Source: Verrucomicrobiia bacterium (GTDB lineage Bacteria; Verrucomicrobiota; Verrucomicrobiia; Palsa-1439). From it: a DNA stretch of 41,081 bases. Below, piece by piece: positions 1-7,845 of the stretch (position 1 is the stretch's first letter; the number at the start of each line of letters is the position of its first letter). The position numbers were made by a program, and so were the translations under genes. Location of the stretch: contig JANWVU010000003.1 of the NCBI GenBank assembly GCA_025056465.1, positions 1-41,081 of the forward strand. Reading direction: 5' to 3'. The notes beneath the pieces are model-generated. The model was not told where the DNA came from. It saw only the letters and a program-made list of their open reading frames with translations, and searched no databases.

Positions 1-256
1 CGCCGTCAGGTCTTAGCGAGTAGCAAATGAGCGCGACGATGACGAACGACGATGCGACCAGCTACACGGCGGAAGCTATTGGCCACCAGCGCGGCGCGAC
101 TGGTGCTGGTCCCGTGGGCGGCAACCGGTTCACGTACACGGGCCGGGAACCGCTCGGCGACACGCAGGGTCTGTACTCCTACCGCTGGCGCGTGATGGAT
201 CCGAATTTAGGCCGGTTCACCAGCGAAGACCCGCTGGGGTCGTGGATGGGGTGAAT
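1..256 (+). repeat. Direct repeat copy (motif + RHS core start), partner at 6604-6860
   Basis: cgccgtcaggtcttagcgagtagcaaATGagcgcgacgatgacgaacgacgatgcgaccagctacacggcggaagct recurs exactly at 6604. The 3' part (taccgctggcgcgtgatggatccgaattt...gacccgct) is also near-identical; the middle diverges. Confidence 0.95.
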
Positions 257-662
257 ACCTATCTTTATTTATGTACAGAACACGCCTTTATATGCCATTG
301 ATCCGTACGGTGAGGTTTCAATCGGACCGATCGTCAGAATCATCAGTATCATCATGAATGCAATTCTTGGCGATTGCGCTGGCGTGCCTATGGGTACTGA
401 GACAGCTCCCGTTACTGTTTCAGGCTCGTGTTATCGCGTATGTCAGCCCATGCCGGGTAGTTCCGAATGTCCCTCATGCCAGAATATGTATGGTAAGGGG
501 CATGGACAAGCAATTTACCGTTGCGAGAGCACCCTGGTAGGCAAAAAGTTTATCTTCAATCGTTGGGCTTCGCCTCCTTTTTGCGACGCTCCTCCTTGTA
601 ACAGCTCTGGCAGCTCGTCAGGTTTTCGATGCATTGAGGTGGCAGTGCATATAAGCTTTTAG
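27..662 (+). pseudogene. RHS repeat-associated core cassette A with Cys-rich C-terminal tip (interrupted)
   Basis: RFTYTGRE...GLYSYRWRVMDPNLGRFTSEDPLG, then in-frame TGA at 252-254, then same-frame YVQNTPLYAIDPYG (DPxG at 300-311) running into ORF 354..662 (9 Cys). Confidence 0.85.
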
Positions 663-705
663 AATTAGGTTTTTCGGGGTGGTATAGATAAAAGGAAAGC
701 ATGTA

Positions 706-1002
706 ATGACGACATCCTTTTTTGTTGAGCTTGGCATTTACTTGCTTGTTTGTGCTTGCTTGTGTGGGATAGCCTGCAAGACGGGACGGGACCTGAGTTT
801 TGGATTATGTATGTTTATTCCGTTCCTAAACTTTTTGCTGATAGTGTACTTGGCGTTTAGCACATGGCCCATTGAGCGAGAAATTGGAGAACTTCGCGCC
901 CGACTTGATCACGAACGAGAACTGGCAAGCCATCGGGGTCAGGTCGGGCAACTAGCGGATGAGTGCCACCCCGACAGATACCAACGCCACCGCTTACGCT
1001 AA
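706..1002 (+). CDS. Small membrane protein, putative immunity for cassette A
   Basis: Two hydrophobic segments (FFVELGIYLLVCACLCGIA; LCMFIPFLNFLLIVYLAF), directly after the RHS tip. The 3' end reads through the degenerate boundary motif. Confidence 0.6.
   Translation: MTTSFFVELGIYLLVCACLCGIACKTGRDLSFGLCMFIPFLNFLLIVYLAFSTWPIEREIGELRARLDHERELASHRGQVGQLADECHPDRYQRHRLR
935..958 (+). repeat. Degenerate GGGGTCAGGTC boundary motif
   Basis: ggggtcaggtcgggcaactagcgg immediately before the ATG at 959; aligns with gtcaggtcttagcgagtagcaa before the ATGs at 27 and 6630. Confidence 0.7.
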
Positions 1003-1837
1003 CGAAGGGTTCGGTCGGGTGCGCGGCGCGCCCGACCGACCCGGTGTTCCAAGCCAATACCGCGACCGGCCCATCGCCGTCCGCCTATTCGCTTACAACA
1101 TCGGCGTCACCAAATGTAACAGCGTCACCGAAATTGCCGTCTTCGAGCACTGCATCCGCGACGACCTCAATGAACGCGCCCTCCGCCGGCTCGCCGTCTT
1201 GCGCCCCCTCAAAGTCGTCATCGAAAACTACCCTGAATCTCAAATCGAAATGCTCGAAGCCGTGAGCAACCCCGAAGACCCCAGCGCGGGAACGCGCCAA
1301 GTTCCGTTCTGGCGTGTCATTTACATTGAACAGAACGACTTCCGTGAAGTTCTACCGCCCAAGTGCTACCGGCTCAGCCCCGGCACCGAAGTCCGGCTGC
1401 GCTGCGCGTACCTCATCACCTGTACCGGCATCGTCAAAGAGCCGCAGACCTGTGCCGTCGTCGAAGTACAAGCCACCTACGACCCAGCCATGCGCGGCGG
1501 CAACACCCCCGACGGTCAGAAAGTCAATGCGACTCTGCATCGGGTTTCAGCCGCCCACGCCGTGGATGCCGAGTGCCGGCTATACGACAAACTGTTCACC
1601 TGCCAGGAAACGGACGCCGATGGTGGTTTCAAGAAGAACCTCAATCCCCACTCGATAGAAATCGTTACCGGCAGATGCGAACCGAGCCTTAGCACAGCGG
1701 TACCGGCAGAACGATACAAGTTTGAACGGCTCGGCTGCTTCGCACTCGATTCCGACTCTCACCCCGGCATGCTGGTCTTTAATCGCGTCGTGACTCCTAA
1801 AGAAGCCTGGGCGAAGATTGAGAAGAGAAAAAAGTAA
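959..1837 (+). pseudogene. glnS: Chimera: RHS-core start (~24 aa) fused to the C-terminal half of glutaminyl-tRNA synthetase
   Basis: MSATPTDTNATAYANEGFGRVRGA matches the cassette at 5352. From ~1070: IRDDLN..RRLAVLRPLKVVIENYP, NPEDPSAGTRQVPF, YIEQNDF, RLSPGTEVRLR, FERLG, LVFNRVV. No HIGH catalytic half; conserved Y/W residues are replaced. Confidence 0.85.
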
Positions 1838-1872
1838 CCGATCAACTGTAGAGGAACAACAAACTTCGTAAG

Positions 1873-3012
1873 ATGCGCGCTGTGACAATCACCTTGCTGA
1901 ATACTAGAAGTGATGCGGAACGAATTCGCGCAATTTGGCATATGTTGAACTCTTCGCAGGAGGTTTCCTACTTTTTGTCTGTAGGTTGGGTGGAAAACTG
2001 GCTCGCAACCCTGCCGGAGGATGTATCGGTCTCACTGGCTGTCATATCACAAGCAGAAACACCAGTAGGTGCATTTTTCATAGGCAAATCGCGCGTTGTG
2101 CGCAAACGGGTTTTCAGAAGCCAAGCCGTTTTTTTGAATACCACTGGGATGCCGGAGTATGACGCCCTGTGTATTGAGTACAATGGAATTCCGTTGACCG
2201 ACGGGCACAAATGCGATTTAATGGACATTATTGAGTCCCTCCCAATTGACTGGGACGAGATATTTTTCCCTGCCCTCGACTCCAAAGCATTTCCGGCTAA
2301 TTCTCTGGACACATTAAGACCGCCGTATGTGCTCGTAGTCGATAAGGTTGTCCCCTCGCCCTATGTTGATCTCCAATCTGTTCGAGAAGCTAAAGATGGC
2401 TACATTTCGCTGCTTAGTGCGAACACACGCCAACAGATTCGCCGCTCATATCGACGTTATCAAGAGAAAGGCCCGCTGAACTGTCGTGCGGCAGCGAATG
2501 CTGCTGAAGCTCATGATATGCTCGCCGAATTGATACGACTTCATCAGGCAACTTGGATGGCGAGAGGTAAACCAGGAGCGTTTGCATCAGCCTATTTTCG
2601 AAAGTTTCACGAACGATTAATCGAAACTCGATTTCACACCGGGGAAATTCAGCTATTGCGCATCTCCTTTGGAAACACGGTCGTTGGTTATCTGTACAAT
2701 TTTATTTTTCGCAGGCGTGTCCTATTCTACCAAAGCGGACTTGCATACACTACTGATCCGCACTGCAAGCCCGGGTTGGTTTGCCATGTGGAAGCCGTGC
2801 GTGTGAATGCTGAGGCTGGCAATCTGACGTATGATTTTTTGGGTGGAGAGAGCCGTTACAAACTCAGTTTAGCCACACACCAGAACCGATTGATCTGGGT
2901 ACGAATCCAGAAGCCAAGGATGAAATTCAAAATTGAAAGAAAATTGAGAGCTATAAAGCAGTTGCTAATCGCTTGGCGTTCAAGCCGAAAGCAGAATATA
3001 TATGAGCAGTAA
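1873..3012 (+). CDS. GNAT-family N-acetyltransferase (CelD/BcsL, Acetyltransf_6-like)
   Basis: 379 aa; LSANTRQQIRRSYRRY, LIRLHQATW, FYQSGL, KPGLVCH, YDFLGGESRYKLSLA. Confidence 0.8.
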   Translation: MRAVTITLLNTRSDAERIRAIWHMLNSSQEVSYFLSVGWVENWLATLPEDVSVSLAVISQAETPVGAFFIGKSRVVRKRVFRSQAVFLNTTGMPEYDALCIEYNGIPLTDGHKCDLMDIIESLPIDWDEIFFPALDSKAFPANSLDTLRPPYVLVVDKVVPSPYVDLQSVREAKDGYISLLSANTRQQIRRSYRRYQEKGPLNCRAAANAAEAHDMLAELIRLHQATWMARGKPGAFASAYFRKFHERLIETRFHTGEIQLLRISFGNTVVGYLYNFIFRRRVLFYQSGLAYTTDPHCKPGLVCHVEAVRVNAEAGNLTYDFLGGESRYKLSLATHQNRLIWVRIQKPRMKFKIERKLRAIKQLLIAWRSSRKQNIYEQ

Positions 3013-3048
3013 AGCCCATTTTTCTGGATTTCTCGTAACCGATCGGGG

Positions 3049-3699
3049 GTGCTCTTGAATGCCAATGTGATTCTCTTGCCCGTAAAGCATGGCAGAAATT
3101 TTCTACGCGACAAGATCGCATGGATCCGAAGGAAAATTCTTCTCGAGTGTTGTCTTCCTACTGGCACGGTCTGTAATGCAGCCATTCCGGTTATCTATAG
3201 GTTCGGCAGCGAATCTGATGTCAACAGGCTTACACTGACTGCCCATGACTATGACGAAGAGGCAAAACGGTTTGCCATAGAGCGGCTTCGATCCGGCGAT
3301 AGACTGGTTCTTGGAGAATATCTAGGAGATATCGTATTCTATGGATGGATTATGTTTGGGCAGATGGATTTGGGCTATCGAAGCTACAGGCCAATTTCGA
3401 AGGATACAGCCTATGTTTACAAACTGTTTACCGTGAAGGAGCATCGCGGGCGTCGCGTATTGCCCGGGTTTTACCGGTTCGTCGCAATGCAACTTGAGGA
3501 AATAGGAATCAAACGGATGCTCTGCTGGGTCAACAGCACAAATGTTCCGTCACTCAAATCGCATACACGCTGTGGATTTCTGCCCATTGGCAGTTTTTAC
3601 GAGATTCAGTTGTTTGGGAAGACGCATTATGTTTTAACTCGGCAAGCACGCCTTTCTATTGGTGACCAGACACAAGCGATTCCAAGGAAAAGAGAATGA
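3049..3699 (+). CDS. GNAT-family N-acetyltransferase (start uncertain)
   Basis: AYVYKLFTVKEHRGRRV acetyl-CoA motif A; NVPSLKSHTRCGF motif B. Confidence 0.75.
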   Translation: MLLNANVILLPVKHGRNFLRDKIAWIRRKILLECCLPTGTVCNAAIPVIYRFGSESDVNRLTLTAHDYDEEAKRFAIERLRSGDRLVLGEYLGDIVFYGWIMFGQMDLGYRSYRPISKDTAYVYKLFTVKEHRGRRVLPGFYRFVAMQLEEIGIKRMLCWVNSTNVPSLKSHTRCGFLPIGSFYEIQLFGKTHYVLTRQARLSIGDQTQAIPRKRE

Positions 3700-4712
3700 A
3701 TAAGCGAGAAATGTTGGCATCGCAATTTCGCCGACTGGGCATTTTGTGGCTGTTGGAGCAGTTTCGGTTGCGCCGTGGTTTGCTGGTGGTCAACTATCAT
3801 CGTATTGGGGCTTACGAGGGCAATCAGTTCGATGACGGCGTGTTTTCGGGGACGCCTGAGGATTTTGAAGCGCAGGTGGTGTACTTGCGCAAGCATTTCC
3901 GCCTCTTACGTTTGGATGAAGTTCTAGAATTCTCTCGTGCTGGGTTTCAATTTCCGGAACCCTGTGCTCTGATCACTTTCGACGACGGTTATCGTGACAA
4001 CTTTGATCTGGCTTTTCCCATCCTTCGCAAGCACGGTGTATCGGCGGTGTTCTTTGTGCCCACAGATTACATTGAAAACCCACGTTTACCTTGGTGGGAT
4101 CACATCGCCTACGTCGTCAAAAAGACGCAACTTAGAACGCTCTCGCTGAGAACCACACCACCTATGACGATTGACTTAACCACAACGTCTCGGAGGAAGG
4201 CTATCTTCCAAATCCTTCGGGCTTACAAAACCGCCAACAAGGCCGACGAAGCAAGATTTCTATCTTCGCTAGAAGAAGCCTGCGAGGTGCGCGTGGATCG
4301 CGCAACCTTGGGGCGCGAATTGTTTATGTCGTGGAGTGATTTGCGCCAAATGGCTGATTCCGGCATGAGCATTGGCTCGCATACGCACACCCATCAGATT
4401 CTCGCACAACTGCCGGTGGCTGATCAGCGGCGCGAGCTTCGCCTATCACGGGATCTGTTAGAGATTAACCTAAAGAAATCTGTTTTAGCTGTTTCATATC
4501 CTGTGGGAGGGAGGGATAAATTCACGGTGACCACCAAGCGGCTATGTCGCGAAGAGGGCTACGAACTTGGTTTTTCGTTCTACGGGGGCATTAACCGCCC
4601 CCGACAGACAGATTCCCTCGACATCAAACGCATTGGAATTGAAATAACTGATGGTCCATTGCTGCCGCGTACTCGAATGGTTTTGACAACTGTCTTCGGA
4701 AGGACCTTCTAG
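3696..4712 (+). CDS. Polysaccharide deacetylase (CE4/NodB)
   Basis: YHRI, LITFDDGYRDN, GSHTHTH, SYPVG motifs; 4-bp overlap with the upstream gene. Confidence 0.9.
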   Translation: MNKREMLASQFRRLGILWLLEQFRLRRGLLVVNYHRIGAYEGNQFDDGVFSGTPEDFEAQVVYLRKHFRLLRLDEVLEFSRAGFQFPEPCALITFDDGYRDNFDLAFPILRKHGVSAVFFVPTDYIENPRLPWWDHIAYVVKKTQLRTLSLRTTPPMTIDLTTTSRRKAIFQILRAYKTANKADEARFLSSLEEACEVRVDRATLGRELFMSWSDLRQMADSGMSIGSHTHTHQILAQLPVADQRRELRLSRDLLEINLKKSVLAVSYPVGGRDKFTVTTKRLCREEGYELGFSFYGGINRPRQTDSLDIKRIGIEITDGPLLPRTRMVLTTVFGRTF

Positions 4713-4722
4713 GGGGGCTTTT

Positions 4723-5315
4723 GCTGAACACCTCGACGCCATCAACAACCCCGAAGACCAGACAGCAGGCACCCGCAAAAGACCTATCAGCCGTGAACTC
4801 TACATCGAACAAGACGACTTCATGGAAGTCCTGCCACCCAATTTCTTCCGCCTAAAACCCGACGGCGAAGTCCGCTAGAAATACGCCAACATCATCAAGT
4901 GCGACGATGTCATCTAAGACGCCACCGGCAACGTCATCGAACTCCGCTGCACAGCCGACCTCACTAGCGAGACCGGTGGCGCCACTGCCGATAGGAAATC
5001 AAAGGCACCATCCACGGGGTCAGCGCCCAGCACTGCATCGAAGCCGAGTACCGGCTTTACCACCGTCTCTCAACCGAGGCCAAGCCCGATGCCGACGGCG
5101 ATTTCAAGAAACACCTCAACCAGCATAGCCCCGACATTGTCACCGCAAAGTGCGAACCGAGCCTCACCAACGCGAAGCCCAAACTCCGGGACCAATTCGA
5201 GCGGCTAGCCTATTTTGCCGTCTACCTCTATAGCAAAACCGGCAAGCTGGTCTTCAATCGGACGATCACCTTGAAAGACACTTGGGCCAAAATTGAAAAG
5301 AAGGGGAACTCATGA
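4723..5315 (+). pseudogene. glnS: Second glnS 3' fragment (anticodon-binding domain), decayed; absent from the ORF track
   Basis: Hand translation: EHLDAINNPEDQTAGTRKRPISRELYIEQDDFMEVLPPNFFRLKPDGEVR*KYANIIKCDDVI*DATGNVIELRCT (stops at 4876 and 4915). After a frameshift near 4998: IKGTIHGVSA..RLY..DADGDFKKHLN..KCEPSL..QFERLAYF..LVFNRTITLKDTWAKIEKKGNS*. Confidence 0.9.
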
Positions 5316-5317
5316 AA

Positions 5318-5340
5318 TTCAAGTTTCAAGAGTTGACCCC
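5318..5340 (-). repeat. Inverted copy of the GGGGTCA-type boundary motif
   Basis: ttcaagtttcaagagttgacccc matches the reverse complement of 7535-7557 at 21/23 positions. Confidence 0.85.
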
Positions 5341-5351
5341 CATGACCTCGA

Positions 5352-6015
5352 ATGAGCGCGACACCGAGAGACACCGATGCGACCGCCTTCGCCTACGAAG
5401 CGTTCGGCCGAGTGCGCGGCGCGACCGGTGCCGGCCCGGTCTGCGGAAAGCGCTTCACCTACACCGGTAGGGAACCGCTCGGCGACACGCAGGGTCTCTA
5501 CTACTACTACTACTACCGCTGGCGCGTGATGGATCCCAATGCGGGCCGCTTCACCAGCGAGGGTCTGCTGGGATTTGTGGATGGGGTGAGTCGTCAAAAT
5601 TATGCCCCTCTAGATCCCCGTTACTTTATAGATGTCTTCGCCTTGAGCGTGGCGTCCAGTCCAATTTCAGCTACCTCAATCCCTCTCGGCTTTTGGAATG
5701 TAATCGGATCGAGTTTTTTGCTGCGACTTCGTGGGTACCTTTTAGCTCGAGCATCGGCTTCTATGCTGTTGACACCCCTTCAGCGGTTGGCTGGGTGTCC
5801 CGCTTGTCTGCGTGTTCCAATGTCATTGGAAACAACCGGTTACCGAGATTGTCACCGAAAGACGCATGCGTTTTCAGTGGGGCACGTATGAGTGTTGGGA
5901 CGATTGTAACGGGACTTATTGGTTGGAACAGCGGAGCGAATTTACCACGGAACTACGTAATCGGTGGCGTAGGCGATCGGATTGGAAAACGACCGAGTTT
6001 TCTTCTATAAGCTAG
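5352..6015 (+). pseudogene. RHS core cassette C with degenerate DPxG and probably frameshifted tip
   Basis: YEAFG..RFTYTGRE..YYYYYYRWRVMDPNAGRFTSEGLLGFVDG..NYAPLDPRYFIDVFAL; both DP motifs are damaged. The tip may continue in ORF 5812..6015. Confidence 0.7.
5499..5516 (+). repeat. (TAC)6 microsatellite
   Basis: Six TAC codons versus three in the paralogue at ~6777. Confidence 0.9.
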
Positions 6016-6030
6016 TGTTTACCTGCTTCG

Positions 6031-6573
6031 ATGCTATCGCCACAGACCATAAGTTGGTTGATGTTGGCTGCAGGGTTGAGCGGGTGGATGTGCGGCTGCT
6101 CGCGGCCATCCTCGACATCAGATTGGTTGCGCGACGAAGAGGAACGTCTGGAATTGCAGTTGCAGGCGAATCCTTCGGATTGTGTAGCGAACGAACAACT
6201 CTCGGTAATCTATACAGCGCGAGCCGTCGCTGCAGACCACGCGCAGCACGCGGATAGATTGGCCTTGCGTGAACGCGCGCTGAGTATGGTCCGCGTTGCC
6301 TTGGGCTGTGTCACAAATCCGACGCAGAGGGTATTTCTCGCCTTTCGCTTGGAAGCACTCGGTGCGCGGGAGGAAGCATTACCGATCTACCGTTCATTTC
6401 TGGAAAGCACCACTGGTTCTGAAGGAGAAATAGATCGGTCGTTGGTTGCGAGTCCTGAGATATATCGGCAGTTGTTGCATGAGCAACAGGAACTAAGGCG
6501 TGAGGTTCAGCGGCGCCTTGCCAGGTCGAACGGCATCGACGAACTGGGCCAGATCTCGGGAACCAGCCGATAA
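6031..6573 (+). CDS. Putative lipoprotein, helical/TPR-like, immunity candidate
   Basis: Hydrophobic N-terminus ending WMCGC-S (lipobox-like); helical repeats such as LGAREEALPIYRSFL; follows cassette C. Confidence 0.55.
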   Translation: MLSPQTISWLMLAAGLSGWMCGCSRPSSTSDWLRDEEERLELQLQANPSDCVANEQLSVIYTARAVAADHAQHADRLALRERALSMVRVALGCVTNPTQRVFLAFRLEALGAREEALPIYRSFLESTTGSEGEIDRSLVASPEIYRQLLHEQQELRREVQRRLARSNGIDELGQISGTSR

Positions 6574-6603
6574 AGTGGACCGGTAACCGAAAGTAAAAGC
6601 TGC

Positions 6604-6860
6604 CGCCGTCAGGTCTTAGCGAGTAGCAAATGAGCGCGACGATGACGAACGACGATGCGACCAGCTACACGGCGGAAGCTTTTGGCCACCAGCGCGGCGC
6701 GACGGGTGCCGGCCCCATCGGTGGCAAGCGCTGTATGCACACCGGTAGGGAACCGCTTAGCGGCATGCAAGGTCTCTACTACTACCGCTGGCGCGTGATG
6801 GATCCGAATTTGGGCCGGTTCACCAGCGAAGACCCGCTAGGGTTCGTGGATGGGGTGAAT
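6604..6860 (+). repeat. Direct repeat copy of 1-256
   Basis: Same leader and RHS core start as cassette A (offset 6603). Confidence 0.95.
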
Positions 6861-7097
6861 GTTTATGCTTACGCAGTCGCTCGTCCTTTGCGATTGAAGG
6901 ACCCCAGTGGTCGTGCGGCGACTCCGATAGCAGACCAGACTACGTGTCAAGACCGATGCGGTCGAGTGCCTTGTCCGTTATTAAGAAGGAACCAGTGTTT
7001 GCGTACCTGTTACGCATGCTGTATCGGATGCGGCGATGATCCGAACTGTCATGATGCGTGCATTGCAGCTCATGTGCTCTGCTGTATGGGTCGATAA
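6630..7097 (+). CDS. Uninterrupted mini RHS core cassette D with 12-Cys C-terminal tip
   Basis: GLYYYRWRVMDPNLGRFTSEDPLGFVDGVNVYAYAVARPLRLKDPSG, followed by a ~60 aa Cys-rich tip. Confidence 0.85.
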   Translation: MSATMTNDDATSYTAEAFGHQRGATGAGPIGGKRCMHTGREPLSGMQGLYYYRWRVMDPNLGRFTSEDPLGFVDGVNVYAYAVARPLRLKDPSGRAATPIADQTTCQDRCGRVPCPLLRRNQCLRTCYACCIGCGDDPNCHDACIAAHVLCCMGR

Positions 7098-7114
7098 ATG
7101 CCCTCCTCAATGCC

Positions 7115-7549
7115 ATGAGACGCAAACTGATTTTTCAGGCGGTTTTATGGGGATTATGTTTTGGAGCTATCGAAGCGATTGTTTCGACTGCTTGGTTGGA
7201 GTTGGGGTGGGGCAAGCACGGTGCGACAGCTTGGACGCCAGAGCTGAAAGCGTACTGGTGTGTCGTGTGGGCTTGGCTACCGGCAGCCGTTCTCGCGGTG
7301 GCCTTGGGTTTAACGCTAGGCAGTCGGGGAGATCATGGGTGGTTTTGCACTGCACTCTGGGGCGGCGTCGTTTATGTGAGTTTCCCTTACGTGCTGGGGG
7401 TAGTGGTTGGAGCGAAGTGGTGGAGTTTCGGGCTTCCCTCGATTGTCTGGAATCTCACAGCGGGCGTAGTCTTAATTGCGCTTTGTTTGCTGAGTGCGCG
7501 GGTTGTTCGTAGCAACACGTTGAAAAAAGGCGACGGGGTCAGATCTTGA
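7115..7549 (+). CDS. Four-TM membrane protein, putative immunity for cassette D
   Basis: ATG at 7115 (MRRKLIFQAVLWGL...); four hydrophobic segments; stop TGA lies inside the boundary motif. Confidence 0.7.
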   Translation: MRRKLIFQAVLWGLCFGAIEAIVSTAWLELGWGKHGATAWTPELKAYWCVVWAWLPAAVLAVALGLTLGSRGDHGWFCTALWGGVVYVSFPYVLGVVVGAKWWSFGLPSIVWNLTAGVVLIALCLLSARVVRSNTLKKGDGVRS

Positions 7550-7557
7550 AACTTGAA
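7535..7557 (+). repeat. GGGGTCAGATCTTGAAACTTGAA REP-like boundary motif
   Basis: Inverted partner at 5318-5340; related half-motifs at 5-14, 935-945 and 6608-6617. Confidence 0.85.
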
Positions 7558-7640
7558 GTGCGGCGGCCAGTCATAGCGAGGACGATACCTAGTAGTGAGA
7601 ATGGGTTGTTCTCGCCGTGCCGGTTGCTATGAGGCGGGGC

Positions 7641-7845
7641 ATGACGAGGCCGATTTGAGTTGAATTGTGCGTGAAAACGGTGGGGCGTGTTTCTTCTGAC
7701 TCGGCTCACGGGGGCGGTGTGGATCAGGTCACGGCCCGAAGCTATCAGCGGCGCGGAGTCTACCGCGATGATTCGGACCGGCGGGCGTTTCTGAGCACGG
7801 TTTGGGCACGGCTGAGCGGTTCAGGGTACGGGTGAGGGCGGATGG
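7641..7845 (+). mobile_element. Decayed REP-associated/IS200-like Y1 HUH tyrosine transposase, N-terminal remnant
   Basis: MTRPI*VEL...GGGVDQVTARSYQRRGVYRDDSDRRAFLSTV, then frameshift to GTAERFRVRVRA. Resembles the family start MARPLR.E..GG.YHVTARGN.R..I.RDD.DR..FL....AERF...VHAY. Confidence 0.75.

Noticed and set aside
252-254. TGA readthrough or selenocysteine in cassette A
   Set aside because: Better explained by two indels relative to cassette D; TGA is used as a normal stop throughout the core genes.
4907-5128. 73-aa ORF
   Set aside because: Off-frame reading of the second glnS remnant.
1-7100. Diversity-generating retroelement (repeat pairs; several TAC>TGC changes in the glnS remnant)
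   Set aside because: No reverse transcriptase in the window, and the differences between repeats are not restricted to adenines.
1-7600. Integron (attC) or CRISPR interpretation of the array
   Set aside because: No integrase or cas gene, no evident attC hairpins, and no regularly spaced repeats.
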